From contig CP060759.1 of the NCBI GenBank assembly GCA_023205875.1, forward strand, positions 682,001 to 746,000: a stretch of 64,000 nt of DNA, given 5' to 3'. The notes below the pieces were generated by a model that saw only the letters and a program-made list of their open reading frames with translations, did not search any database and was not told the DNA's origin. Of the stretch, positions 17,236-29,033 are shown piece by piece. Position numbers and translations under genes: made by a program. Position 1 is the first letter of the stretch. Each line of letters opens with the position of its first letter. Origin of the DNA: Chloropicon primus. Lineage: Eukaryota.

Positions 17236-17514
17236 GAAGAGAAGAGAAGAGAATACCTCTGATAACGACGCAATCCCTCGACCCTTCCCCTCCTCCACCT
17301 CCGGAGCCACTCTAACAACACACGTCCTCCAGACTTCTCGACCTTATCCCTGCAAGTTATCTCAATAATTTGAATCAAAGAAAGAATGATCCACCGAAAG
17401 AGAAGAGAAGAGGAGAGAAGAGAAGAGAATACCTCTGATAACGACGCAATCCCTCGACCCTTCCTCTCCCTCACCTCCGGAGCCACTCTAACAAACAAGG
17501 CACGTCCTCCAGAC
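17236..17514 (+). repeat. ~100-bp intergenic direct duplication
   Basis: GAGAAGAGAATACCTCTGATAACGACGCAATCCCTCGACCCTTCC...CACCTCCGGAGCCACTCTAACA...CACGTCCTCCAGAC at ~17236-17334 and ~17415-17514. Confidence 0.88.
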
Positions 17515-17635
17515 CTCTGTAAAAACCTCTGTAAAAACCTAAAAACCTAAAACCTAAACAATAATTTGAAATTGACAGCTTTTCCTAGCCTTCAGAGGAA
17601 AGAGAGCTCTTGGCCAAGGACTTGGGAGGGGCAAG

Positions 17636-19832
17636 ATGAAGGAGAACACCTTGGACGCGCTAAGGTAAGAGAGGGACGGGTCAATGTCAATGTCAATGTC
17701 TTGTGTGTGTGTGGTTTCGTTTTGTCTTCCAAGGTCAAGACTTTTTTGCGTTTTCTTTTCGTCGGTCGGGTTTTCTTTTCTCTTCCTTCCTTCCTTTCTC
17801 CTCCTTCCAAGCCAAGGGAAGGGAAGGGAAGACCTTAGAGACCGGGGCCTGGCCTTGCTGGAGGTCTGGGTCGCTTGCCTGCCGGGGTCGCCAGAAGTCT
17901 GACTTTCAGGGGGTGGTGTGTTTGTGTGCCTTGCAGGAAGCAAGTCATATCCAAGCTCGATGAGCTCGGGGTGCGTGCCCAGATTGAGGACATCATCACC
18001 AAAGCGAGGGATGATGAGAACCTCTCCGAAGTGGACATGTTTAGGCACTTGGAGGTGAGTTCGTCACGTGGCAGGCACACGAAAGTTTTTCATCAGTGGT
18101 TCTGACACCGTTGGACTCTTTGACTCCGAATGGACGCCCAAAGGAAAAAGGAATCATTGCGAACGTGACCCGTGCCCTGAACCTGGACGCGTCTCAGACA
18201 AGCAACAAGAGTGGGCTCGACACTGCCTTGCTGAGGGCAAAGCAAAAGCACTTGCACATCCGAGTGTCGAAGGGAAGGGGGTTCACCGAGTACGTCACGA
18301 AAAACAAGAGGTCCTCCGAGAAGCTTCGCACGAGCGTCACTTTCGGGGGGAGGTTGGTTCACAGTGCCCTCGTTCCGTGCACGGTTGAGCCGTTCTTCAA
18401 CATAGACCTCCTCGTGCCCATACTGAAAGGTCGGCGCGGAGCCACGGTCGCTGACCTTCTGAAGAAGGAGGAGGGCAAGGTCCGGGTCACTGTCTGCGTC
18501 GTCTCCATGGACGACAAGGACTACCCCATTGACTCCAGGGTGATGGGCCACTGCGAGCTTGATTACAGAGAAGCCATTGTGTCGTCCAAAGGCTACGTGA
18601 GGAAGCTCTTGCAGCTGGAACAGGGTGAGCCAACAAGCACCCTTGTTCCTGGTGCGATAGACCTCACCCTTCGGGTTGTTCCGGCCCTGAGCGATCCAAT
18701 AGACAAGGTCGAGTACAACAGGCAGATCAGGGAGGAGGAGATGGCGAGGACGAATAAGTTCACAAACTTCTTGAACTTGGCAAAGACGTCTTGGAACGAG
18801 TTCATCAACAAATCGGAGTATTTCAAGCACAGGCCCACCAAGCTCATCGCGTATGGAGAGGACGGCCTACAGCACTGCTCTTGCGAATTTTTGAAGCCGC
18901 TCAAGTGCGGTCGCGTGCTCAGGACGCCAAAGCAGGCGGCATACTGGGTCAGCTTGCTCCAGGAAGACACGATGTCCCAGATGCTTGGGGACGTGAGCTC
19001 GAGGTGGAGCTCCTTTGACACGATCGCGGCCAAGGGAAGCGCTAAGAATGAGGAGAAGGCGCTCCTGCTGTGCAGCTTCCTCCTCGGTTTTGGGTTGGAT
19101 GCTTACGTTTGCTATGGGTACGACAAGCAGAATCGCGTGCACTCTTGGGTCATGACCTTGATGAAAAACGAGTCCACGGCGATGTTTTGGGAGGCTCTGA
19201 ACGCCTCTTGTTACAGCATTTACGACTGCCCTTACGCCAACATAGGATGCGTCTTCAATGACCACGTCATCTACCTCAACAGCCAGGACGACCACAGCAT
19301 AGAGAAGACGGCCTTCGACCTCGGCAGCAGCGACCTGTGGATGCCCGTCCATTACAGCAAGGCGGGCGGCATCACCTTGCACCCTTTCCCCCTTGCCAAG
19401 GCGAGCCTGGACGGGGAGGAGGAGGAGGAGCTCTTGGAAGACAGGCTTCGCGTGGAGATCGAGGCCTTCCGTGCGGAGAAGGGGCTGGAGGACACGCTTT
19501 GGGACGAGAACCTGGAGCATGTTCTGGCCCAAGCCCTGGTGGCGTACGAGACTGAAGCGTGCACTGGCCAAGCGGCGCCTGGGAACATGGAGTTCCAGCA
19601 CTCGGTGAAGCGGATGGTACCCATTGGGTACACGTTTAGGGGCGTGCCAATGCAATTCAAGCATCGGAGTTCGAAAAGGATTTTGAGGCAACTTCTGGAA
19701 GAAACAAGTACACTAGACATTATTCTCAGTGGGAGCCAGAACACCGTACTAGCTCTTTCTGCTCATGTAAATGTATACCCGAACGACCTCTCCTCGACGT
19801 GGATCATGGTGGCGTCTCGGACGCCAAAGTGA
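17636..19832 (+). CDS. CEP76: Centrosomal protein CEP76-like; exons 17636-17664, 17937-18054, 18144-19832
   Basis: Spliced N-terminus MKENTLDALRKQVISKLDELGVRAQIEDI...LEEKGII; C2-like region; PLKCGRVLRTPKQAA; LLCSFLLGFGLDAYVCYG; KRMVPIGYTFRGVPMQF. Confidence 0.85.
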
Positions 19833-19895
19833 CCAAGCAAGGAGCCGGCTCGCGGGAACCTTATACAATATAGAAACTCAACATCGATCGTCTAC

Positions 19896-20549
19896 CTACG
19901 TAGAATCGTGAGAGAACACTGATCCAAAAGCATAGTAGGAATCGAAGGCCTTCATCACCTGGCTGATGAGCTCCCTAATGGCCTGCTTGGCGTTCTCGCT
20001 CACTTTGTTGTCATCAGCCTTCCTAACTTCCAGGTACTTTCCTTTGATCTCCTCGACCTTTCCCTTTGGCACAGGGAAGCCGTCCGGCCCCCTCGCTATG
20101 AACTCGTACTTCTCTGTGATTTCATCGTCCATGCCAACCTCTATGGTCGTTTCCTCGCCCACTTTGCATGTAAACCCCCTGAGCTCCTCGTCCACGAACA
20201 GCTTCTCGACGACCATGGCGTAGCCAAAGGTTGTGCGGCCGCGCTGGCCTATCGAAATCTCGGCCCACTGGTACAGCTGCTGCATGAAGTCGTCGCGGGG
20301 AATGAAAGCGGGGATCTCCGCCTTGGTGAGGACGGTCACGTCCTTGGCCGCGAAGCACCTGGTGCCAACACCATGGTTCGCCTCCACGATCCGGGACCCT
20401 CCGACCAAAGCGCTCTGGCCTCGACCCCCCTGTCTGCCCACCTTCGCCCTGCTCCTCACTCTGCTGACGCTCCATCTTCCACTCGCGCAGCACTTCCTCC
20501 CCAACACGGCGCGTCCCCGCACCCTTCCGCTGCCTGCGACTCTCTCCAT
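19896..20549 (-). CDS. Uncharacterised, probably plastid-targeted protein
   Basis: ATG at 20549; R/S/G-rich transit-like N-terminus followed by a globular domain (EIPAFIPRDDFMQQLYQWA...YYAFGS). Confidence 0.75.
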   Translation of the reverse strand: MERVAGSGRVRGRAVLGRKCCASGRWSVSRVRSRAKVGRQGGRGQSALVGGSRIVEANHGVGTRCFAAKDVTVLTKAEIPAFIPRDDFMQQLYQWAEISIGQRGRTTFGYAMVVEKLFVDEELRGFTCKVGEETTIEVGMDDEITEKYEFIARGPDGFPVPKGKVEEIKGKYLEVRKADDNKVSENAKQAIRELISQVMKAFDSYYAFGSVFSHDST

Positions 20550-20965
20550 GTCTCTCGATCTCCTTCTCCTCTCCTCGGTCACTCGCCTGCCCTCGCCCAA
20601 CAAAAAGCAAACGCACAGCAAGCACGTTGGTTTGTTTCAGTTTCAGTTTCACAGCACACAAACAATCCCAACACCACCGAAGACCTCGCTCTCGTGCGCG
20701 AGGGGCCTCAAAAAAGCGAAGAAAGACCTGGCGATTCCGCTTGGGAACCTTCCACAGGTCTATGTCCCCCTCCTCCCCTCCCGTACCCACATCCACTCAC
20801 CTTGTCTTGGTCGCCAACTCGGTCGTGGCTCTGTCTGTTCCCAAAGTCTCTGCCAATCTTATCCAATCCGCCGCAAAGCCGAGGATCCCATCTCCGCAAG
20901 GAGACCACGGACGGAGACCACGGGCGAGGGAGGGAGGGGAGGGGAGGACGACACTGGCGGGTGCC

Positions 20966-21251
20966 AGGACACTAGGCGGGTGCCGTGATCAGATCACGGG
21001 ATCTTGGTGGATCCCTCCGGCCACTGTCCTCCTCCCGATGGAGCCCTCGTTCAGCCCCCAGCTTCTCCAACGGGGCTCGTGCTTCGGCCCGAGGAGGACA
21101 GGACAGTGGCCGGTGTCGTGACGACCAGGAGGAGGACACTAGGCGGGTGCCGTGATCAGATCACGGGATCTTGGTGGATCCCTCCAGCCACTGTCCTCCT
21201 CCCGATGGAGCCCTCGCTCGGTCCGCGCAACGCCCTCGTTCAGCCCCCAGC
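20966..21251 (+). repeat. ~84-bp direct duplication, each copy containing a 17-bp palindrome
   Basis: Copies at 20966-21049 and 21133-21216 (1 mismatch seen); CCGTGATC-A-GATCACGG at 20983-20999 and 21150-21166. Confidence 0.9.
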
Positions 21252-21459
21252 CCAGCTCCAAGGTCTCTTTCTCTTTCCTTGTCGTTGTGACCGTTGGGGT
21301 GTAAAATGTTTTTGATTTTTTGGGGTCTGGAATTTTTTTTGAATTGACAGGTGAAGAGGGGCAGAGGGCGAGGCGAGCGGGCGAGCGGGTTTGCAGCACG
21401 GCGACGAGTGCGACGAGTGGGACGAGGACGAGGACGAGGACCACCACCATCACTTGAGG

Positions 21460-24400
21460 ATGTTCGTGGAGGACGTGACGATCGACGGGTTCAAGTCATA
21501 CGCTCAGCGTGTGACGGTTCCAGGGTTCGACAGGCACTTCAACGCCATCACGGGGCTGAACGGAACGGGAAAGAGTAATATCCTGGACTCCATATGCTTC
21601 GTGCTTGGGATCACGAACTTGTCGCAGGTGAGGGCGAGCACCCTGCAGGACCTCGTGTACAAGCAGGGACAGGCTGGCGTGACGAAGGCGACGGTGTCGA
21701 TCACGTTCAACAACGAGGACAAGGCGAACAGCCCGGTTGGGTATGAGCACTGCGACAAGCTCACCGTCACCAGGCAGGTGGTTATCGGAGGGAGAAACAA
21801 GTACATGATCAACGGCAGTACTGCTCAGCCCAACAGGGTTCAGAACCTGTTCCACTCCGTGCAGCTGAACGTGAACAACCCACACTTTCTTATCATGCAG
21901 GGAAGGATCACCAAAGTGCTCAACATGAAGGCACCGGAGATCCTCTCTATGCTGGAGGAGGCGGCGGGGACGAGGATGTACGAGAACAAGAAGGAAGCTG
22001 CTCTGCGCACGCTGACGAAGAAGCAGATCAAGATGGACGAGATCGACAAGGTCCTCCAGGAGGAGATCCTCCCCGCGCTCCAGAAGCTCAGGAAGGAGAG
22101 GGGTCAGTACATGCAGTGGGCCTCCTCTGGGTCCCAGCTCGAGCAGCTCCGCAGGTTTTGCATTGCGTATGAGTACAGCGTCAGTCTTGAGCAGATGCAA
22201 GAGACCTCGACGAGCAAGGAGGAGGTGGCGTCCTTGCAAGAGTCCCTGGACGCGCAGAAGGAGAACCTCCACGAGAGGACCAAGGAGCTGAAGGCCGAGC
22301 TTCAGCAGATGCTTAAGGAGCGCGACAACTTCGTGTCCAGGGAAGTCAAGACCTTGCAAGCCAAGCAAGATGACGTCTCCAAGGAGCTGGTTCGCCAGAC
22401 CAGCGCTTGGACAAACAAGAAGGAGACCTTGGCCGCGGAACTTGAGCAGAAAAGCTCTCTGGAGAAAGCCCTCGAGGGTTGCGACTCCGAGACGCTGCAG
22501 GCGAAGTTTGACAAAGTCAAGAGCGCTGCTGACAAGGCGAAGAACGTGTTCGCTGAGGTCCAAGGGGCGACCCAAGCCGCCCAGTGCGAGCTTGAAAGTT
22601 ACAAGTCAGGCGATAGCCGCGACAGTTCCAACAAGAGTCTGAAGGAGAGGCTCGCCGAGGCCAAGACTGACCTCACAGCCAAGAAGGGTGAGGTGAAAGC
22701 GAGTGACCTGCAGATCAAGCATCTGAAGAAGGAGCTCACTGAAGCCAAGAAGGTTGCCAAGAAGAAGGATTCTGAGAACAGCAAACTGAAGAAGGAGCTG
22801 GAGAAAGCCGAAAGTGCTGTCAAGTCCGCAGAGACGAAGATCGGCTCGCTTGACTTTGACGAAAAGAAGAGGACAAAGCTGGCTGATGCTCTTCAGAAGG
22901 AGGAAGGGGAGGCCCAGAAGTGGCACGAGAGAGTTCAGAAGCTCCAAGCCCAACTTTCTGCTCTGGACTTCCAGTTCAAGAATCCTGAGAGCGGCTTTGA
23001 CAGGAGCCGTGTGAAGGGCGTTGTCGCCAAACTTCTGCGCGTCAAGGACGTTTCAAGCAACTCGGCATTGGAAGTCATTGCAGGAGGGAAGCTGTACCAA
23101 GTTGTCGTTGATACAGCAGACTGTGCAAAGGCTCTTCTTGAGAAGGGTCAGCTGAGGAACAGAGTGACGATCATTCCTCTTGACAAGATTTCTTCAAGGA
23201 CCTTGTCTCAGGATAAGATCAAGGCTGCTAAGCAGCAAGTGGGTGACAAGGCAAAGCCTGCTATCTCACTTGTTGGTTATGAGAGCGAGCTCGCCAATGC
23301 GATGAAGTATGTCTTTGGAAATGCTTTCGTCTGCAAAGACGCGGAGACCGCAAAGACTGTGACGTACAGCAAAATGATTGGGGCTCACTGCGCAACACTC
23401 GATGGTGACTTTTATGACCCAGCTGGTACCCTTTCCGGAGGGTCATCCAAGTCTTCTCCTTCAATCCTGTCGAGACTCCATTCTCTGACTGAAGCAGAGA
23501 AGAAGTTCCAAACGCACCAAAGCAATGTGGTCCAGCTGAGAGGACAAGTGAAGGCCCTCGACTCTGCATCAAAGCAGTACACAAAATGCAAGCAGGAGTT
23601 GGATTTGAAGGTGCACTCTCTGAGCCTCTTGAAGAAGAAGATTGACGCCAGCGAATGCACTCAGTTGATGAACCAGGTTGCTACTCTGGAGGAATCTCTT
23701 GAGCAGGCTCAAGCTACGCATGAGACTGCGTTGGAGAAGCAGACCAGTCTCGAGAAGTCTGTGAAGCAACTTGAGAAAGAGGTTTCTTTGTTTGGCAAGG
23801 AGCAGAAGCAGTTGATCAAAATGACAGAGGACAAGGTCAAGAAGTGTGTCTCTAATGAGAAGAAGGAGAAGGAGGCGATGGAGAAGGCCAACCAAGCTCT
23901 TCAGGAGGTGACAGTTGAGATTGAATCATCTGCTGCAGATCAGAAGAGACTCGCCGAGCAGATTGAGCAGGCAGATGCCACCATTGCTGAGCTGAATGCT
24001 GAGGTTGAAAGCGCTGAAGATGAGGTTGCCCTTAAGAAAGCAGCCTACGAGGAATTGCAGATGTCCTTGGACGAAAAGCAAAAGGAGCTCTCAAAGTGCG
24101 ACAAGCAATCTGCTCAGATCACGACGGAGATGGATGACATCCAGGCAGAGATCAGCAACATCGGGATGGAGAAGAAGAAATTGGAGCACAAGCTCTCAAA
24201 GCTGGAGAAGCACTGCCAAGAGGCAAGCGATACTGTTGCGAGCCTGCTTAAGAAGCACCCTTGGATCAAGAGCGAGAAGCAATACTTTGGCATGCCTGGC
24301 ACGGACTATGACTGGGAGAGCCAAGATCCAGAAGAGACGCTTGAGCAGCTGGCCAAGGCCGAGGCAGCGCATAACGCGATGGCAAAGAAGATCAACAAGA

Positions 24401-25044
24401 AAGTGATGAACATGTTTGACAAGGCAGAATCAGAATACAACCAGTTGACTGAGAAGAAGAGGATCGTCATGAACGACAAGGAGTCCATTGAGAAGGTCAT
24501 TGCAGAGCTGGACGAGAAGAAGAGGGAAACCCTCGAGAAGACCTGGATTAAAGTCAACAAGGACTTTGGATCTATCTTCAGCACTCTGCTGCCTGGAACC
24601 ACGGCAAGGCTGGTGCCTCCAGAGGGCGAGACGTTCATGGATGGACTTGAAGTGAGAGTTGCGTTTGGCGATGTTTGGAAAGAGAGTCTGTCGGAATTGA
24701 GTGGAGGCCAAAGGAGTCTGTTGGCCTTGTCCTTGATTCTCGCTCTCTTGCTTTTCAAGCCAGCACCTATCTACATCTTGGATGAGGTTGATGCAGCCCT
24801 TGATCTCAGCCACACACAAAACATTGGCAGGATGATCAAGGCTCACTTCCCGCACTCGCAATTCATTGTTGTCTCCTTGAAGGAAGGAATGTTCAACAAT
24901 GCGAACGTCTTGTTTAGGACCAAGTTTGTAGATGGAATCAGCTGTGTCAGTCGAACAGGTTCCAAGCCAGACCAAAGACAAGTGAAAAAGAAGAAAGCTG
25001 TGCCCGCGCTCGGGAACAAAGAAAACCAACCAGTAAATGTTTGA
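21460..25044 (+). CDS. SMC2: Condensin subunit SMC2
   Basis: IDGFKSYA, Walker A GLNGTGKSN, VQLNVNNPHFLIMQGRITKVLNMK, hinge, LSGGQRS and Walker B ILDEVDAALD. Confidence 0.98.
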   Translation: MFVEDVTIDGFKSYAQRVTVPGFDRHFNAITGLNGTGKSNILDSICFVLGITNLSQVRASTLQDLVYKQGQAGVTKATVSITFNNEDKANSPVGYEHCDKLTVTRQVVIGGRNKYMINGSTAQPNRVQNLFHSVQLNVNNPHFLIMQGRITKVLNMKAPEILSMLEEAAGTRMYENKKEAALRTLTKKQIKMDEIDKVLQEEILPALQKLRKERGQYMQWASSGSQLEQLRRFCIAYEYSVSLEQMQETSTSKEEVASLQESLDAQKENLHERTKELKAELQQMLKERDNFVSREVKTLQAKQDDVSKELVRQTSAWTNKKETLAAELEQKSSLEKALEGCDSETLQAKFDKVKSAADKAKNVFAEVQGATQAAQCELESYKSGDSRDSSNKSLKERLAEAKTDLTAKKGEVKASDLQIKHLKKELTEAKKVAKKKDSENSKLKKELEKAESAVKSAETKIGSLDFDEKKRTKLADALQKEEGEAQKWHERVQKLQAQLSALDFQFKNPESGFDRSRVKGVVAKLLRVKDVSSNSALEVIAGGKLYQVVVDTADCAKALLEKGQLRNRVTIIPLDKISSRTLSQDKIKAAKQQVGDKAKPAISLVGYESELANAMKYVFGNAFVCKDAETAKTVTYSKMIGAHCATLDGDFYDPAGTLSGGSSKSSPSILSRLHSLTEAEKKFQTHQSNVVQLRGQVKALDSASKQYTKCKQELDLKVHSLSLLKKKIDASECTQLMNQVATLEESLEQAQATHETALEKQTSLEKSVKQLEKEVSLFGKEQKQLIKMTEDKVKKCVSNEKKEKEAMEKANQALQEVTVEIESSAADQKRLAEQIEQADATIAELNAEVESAEDEVALKKAAYEELQMSLDEKQKELSKCDKQSAQITTEMDDIQAEISNIGMEKKKLEHKLSKLEKHCQEASDTVASLLKKHPWIKSEKQYFGMPGTDYDWESQDPEETLEQLAKAEAAHNAMAKKINKKVMNMFDKAESEYNQLTEKKRIVMNDKESIEKVIAELDEKKRETLEKTWIKVNKDFGSIFSTLLPGTTARLVPPEGETFMDGLEVRVAFGDVWKESLSELSGGQRSLLALSLILALLLFKPAPIYILDEVDAALDLSHTQNIGRMIKAHFPHSQFIVVSLKEGMFNNANVLFRTKFVDGISCVSRTGSKPDQRQVKKKKAVPALGNKENQPVNV

Positions 25045-25159
25045 ACCTTGTATGTACTCTAATGAATCACGAATGAAAATCGTATATGAAATCTATTTCA
25101 GCGCCGTTATACCTTTCCCTGAATTACATGAATTCTTCTTGTTGTTGAACGTATGCAAG

Positions 25160-27102
25160 TCACGCGCCTTCAGAGATTGTCTCAGAATCCGAGCCACCGT
25201 CTTGCTTCTTCGCGTCCTCTGGCTGAGCTTGCCCCGCAGCAGGACCGCTTGCGCTAGCTGGAGCATTTCCAGGCGTCCCCGTCTGTGTGCCATTCTGTTT
25301 GGCAACGGACTGGGACTTTGTTCCTGGTAGCTTTTGAATAGGGACCTTTCCATTCGACTCTGCAATCTTTTGCACTTCCTTCTTGGACAGAGGTGCCTTC
25401 ACCGGATTGCTGCCAGCGTCATAGCTTGAGGTCAAGGTCAAAACAGTCTTGATTTGCCTCAACATCTCTTGAAGCCCTGTTGTTTTGCCAATTCCACCGG
25501 AAAGCACCGTCACAAGAAGAGTATCATGCTCCTTCTCGTTCTTTGAAAGGAAGATCGATACGTTGACGCGCACGTCATCGTTTCTTTGGACCACAAAGAC
25601 GCAAGCCGATAACACGCACTGGAGAGCTCTGCTATTGTACTGGGATGTTGAAATCCCTTTATCAAAGTCCCCGACTGCAGTGTAGCTCACTGCGTCCTCG
25701 GTCTCCTTCAAGTTCTCCTCCTGATGTGGCCACTTGAAGTCCTTCGCAGGATCGAAGTTTCTCTCGAAGATCTTGACGTTCGCCCTGTGGTTGTGCAGCT
25801 TCCAGTACCACGCCCAATCGTTTTTCCCCAAGTCACTGTATTGGAAAGACCACTCGTCGATGTGTGGCATGTGCCTCTTCGTCAAGTAAATGTTCTCGGT
25901 GCTCTTCATGGCCTTCTTCCGCTGCTCCTGAAGTCTCGCCTCCGTGTCCAAGAGCTGCTCCCTGGAGTCGTTTGCGTTAAGAGCAACCATTCCGCTGACT
26001 TCTTGACGGACGACATTCGTCAAATCATATTGACCTGGCTCCTCGTTACCTAATGGCTTCTTAGGCTGCTCCTTCGCCAGCGCCGTGCTCAGCTTCTCGG
26101 CGAAACAGGCGATCTCAACAGCTTTCTCAGCTGTCAGACCCCTCTGAAGGCTGTCCATGTACTCCTTCAACACGCCTGGTTTGTTTCCTCGAGAGGAGCC
26201 TTTGCTTGCCCTGAGCCTGCCTTTGCACCTCAGCGTGGCGTTCCAGTGGTTCTTGATGGAGTTCTCGGTTCTGCCCGGCAGCAGCTTTGCCAAGGAGGAC
26301 CACCTCGTCCCTAACTTTGCGTGGCCCTCGGCCAAGATACGCTCCTCCTCCGCGGTCCACTCGTCCTTCTTGATGTTTGGGCGAAGGTGGTTCAGCCATC
26401 GCTCTCTGCACTGCTTCCCCGTCCTTCCGTGGATGAGCTGAGCGATGTAGCTCCACCTCTTGTTTCCATAAATCTCCACCAGCTTCATCAAGTCGTGCTC
26501 CTCGGCCGGCGTCCACGGTCTGCTCCCCTTGCTCGTCGACGCTCCAGACTTCACGGTCACGTTGGCCCTCACGCCCGCCTTGCCTGTTTTCGGGGCAATC
26601 TTCTTCAAGTTGCTCGACAAGAGGCCGTTGTGAGCCGCGGGACCGCCTTGAGCGGGCACGGGAGACTTCTTCTGGCTGGCAGCGGCCTGCACGAAATCCA
26701 TAAATAGAGACATTCCTTGCTCGTCGAGCTCATCTTCCTTTGATGGCTCTGTTTCGGGCTCCTCCTTGACGGCTACAAGCTTCTCGAAGCTCTTCTTGGG
26801 CTCGCGTTGGCTTCGAGGTCGCTTCAGCTGCTGCCCATTGGCATCGCCGGCACTTTGGTCTGGTTCAGAGAAAGCAAGACGAGAGGGGAAAGTGCGTCAT
26901 CAGTCATACGTTTTCCTTGGCCGCTCCCCCAATGCGGCTCTTCGCTGCTCGATCTCCTCCTGCCTCGAGGGAACCAAGGTTCACAACGTTCGGAGGATTC
27001 TCGCGCATCTTTCACCTTGGCCCTCCCCCCATCGGGACGAGAAAGCCCCGCCACACGGGACACTTTTGACTCACCTATTTCTCTCTTAACCCCCACGTCC
27101 AT
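25160..27102 (-). CDS. R2R3-MYB transcription factor; exons 27102-27075 and 26859-25160
   Basis: WTPAEE...WSYIA...GRTGKQCRERWLNHLRPNIKKDEWTAEEE...LPGRTENSIKNHWN. A GTGAGT(27074)...CAG(26860) intron extends the frame to ATG 27102. Confidence 0.9.
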
Positions 27103-28195
27103 CGCGGCGGCTTTCCTCTTCCTTTCTCTGCACAAAAGGTAGAACCTTGGTGCCCCCTTTTCGCACCGCAAAGGCTTCGATCCCTCGCTCCCCTCCCTCT
27201 CCTCGCTCCCCTCCCCCCTCCCTCTCCTCGCTCCACGGAAGCTCTTTCAAGCTCCTGTCCAAGATCCCCAAAAAACGTTACACCTCGTCGTCTAAGGCGT
27301 CCTCTTTCCGTCGTCTCCCAGGAGGCCTCTCCAAGAAAACAAAGTCCAAGCGGTCTCTCGGCAACCTCCTCCACCGCCTGTGTCCCTCTTTCCCTCCCCA
27401 AGGCTCGACCTTGGTCCCTCGTTCGCCTCACGAAAGGTCAAGCCAAGCCTCTCTGCCAAGCCCAAGCCTCTCTCTAAGGCAAAGAGCTCTCTCTCTGGCC
27501 AGATCTACAGCCCCCTGAAAGAAAACGTCTTTGTCTTTGTCTTTCGTCCCACGAAGACGTCGTATTGCTGTACTAATCCCGTACTAATCTCACCACGAAT
27601 CCACAACAACAACAACAAAAAAACGAAAAACGAAAAACGAAAAACGAGAGACGGGAAGGATGAGCCATCGCGCGTCGGTCGGGGGGAACGAGAACAAGGG
27701 AATTACTACAGGACGACACACGAGAAGAAGGGAAGACCACAGAGAATGGCGTCGGTTACCAATCTTGGGGGGGTCGGGCCGAGGTAACATGGGATTTGTA
27801 CACGGAAGGCACACGATTCGGCCGGCCGAAAAATCACAAACAAAGAGAGAGAAGAATTTTGGGCGGTTACGTGAGGGAAATGTTGAACGCGAAACGGGAT
27901 TACTACTGTGGGAAAGTTGGCGCGTGGGGATATCGTAAACGCCCGCCTCGCGGCCCCTTAACACGCGTTTTGTGTACAAAACTGGCAAAAGTTTGGCGCC
28001 GACGGTGACTCAAACGAGTGCAAAGGGCGCGCGCGAAGGAAGTGCAATCAAAAACTTTTCCCATCTGTCCGTCCCATTGAGTCTTGGAGCGCTCCTCCCT
28101 TTGGTGGACTCCGGTTTGTTGGACGCCGGTTTGTTGGACTCCACTTGTTGTTGTTGGTGGTGAGAGGTTCAAGGTGGCACCTTTGGACCGCGACG

Positions 28196-28984
28196 ATGAA
28201 GTTCGGGGCGAATATCAGCGACTCAGACCTCCTGGGCCTGGGGTCTGACTTTCAATCGGTCAACAGCCTGGACGAGTACCACGCCAGGAGGCTCGTGTAC
28301 TTGAAGAATCTTGACCCGAACCCGAACCGTTACTCGAGGGAGCAGTGCATCGAGATGATTCACAACGAAAATCGGAGAATCTTGCAGCAGATGAGCAATC
28401 CCCCTGCACCGAGTGGTCCCCCAGCGCAACCTCCGGAGACACAGACGTACGTGTACGACCCAAGCAACCCTTATCGCCCGGAGCCGCAGCAGCCTTACAA
28501 CCCTTACCCTGGGCAGCCGCAGCAGCCTTACAACCCTTACCCCGGGCAGCCGCAGCAGCCTTACAACCCTTACCCGGGGCAGCCGCAGGCACCCTACAAC
28601 CCGTACCCACCGCAGCCTTACCAGCCCCAAGGGCCAAGCACGAGGCGAGAAGAGTACTTGGACAGAAAGGAGATGCAGAGGCGGGAGAGGCAGCTTGAGC
28701 GGGAGGAGAGGCAACTGGAGCGAGAGAGGAGGAACGTCGAGAGGCAGAAGGAAAGAATGTACAGGGAGAACGAGCGAATTCACAGGCAGCAGGACAGGAT
28801 GCACCAGCAGCAAGTGCGTGCAAATATTCGGATGGCGATGCGAGGGGGGCGCATCATGCAAAGAGTGGAGCGGGAGATCGTCAACGGCATCACCGGGCGT
28901 GGGCACCACCACCACAACGACGGTCGCCTTGGTCCGGGTGGACCCCACCACCCGCACCACCACCCGCACCACCACCGAAACTAA
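28196..28984 (+). CDS. Low-complexity P/Q/Y-repeat protein with coiled coil and His-rich tail
   Basis: ATG at 28196; QQPYNPYPGQP x3-4 (33-bp repeats); E/R-rich helix; C-terminal HHPHHHPHHH. Confidence 0.7.
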   Translation: MKFGANISDSDLLGLGSDFQSVNSLDEYHARRLVYLKNLDPNPNRYSREQCIEMIHNENRRILQQMSNPPAPSGPPAQPPETQTYVYDPSNPYRPEPQQPYNPYPGQPQQPYNPYPGQPQQPYNPYPGQPQAPYNPYPPQPYQPQGPSTRREEYLDRKEMQRRERQLEREERQLERERRNVERQKERMYRENERIHRQQDRMHQQQVRANIRMAMRGGRIMQRVEREIVNGITGRGHHHHNDGRLGPGGPHHPHHHPHHHRN

Positions 28985-29033
28985 GAAACAAGTGTCAAAC
29001 TAAAATGGCGGCGTTTACAGCATCTCTCCGAAC

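Noticed and set aside
17533..17558. Interstitial telomere
   Set aside because: Only about three irregular units with CC rather than CCC; too short to call.
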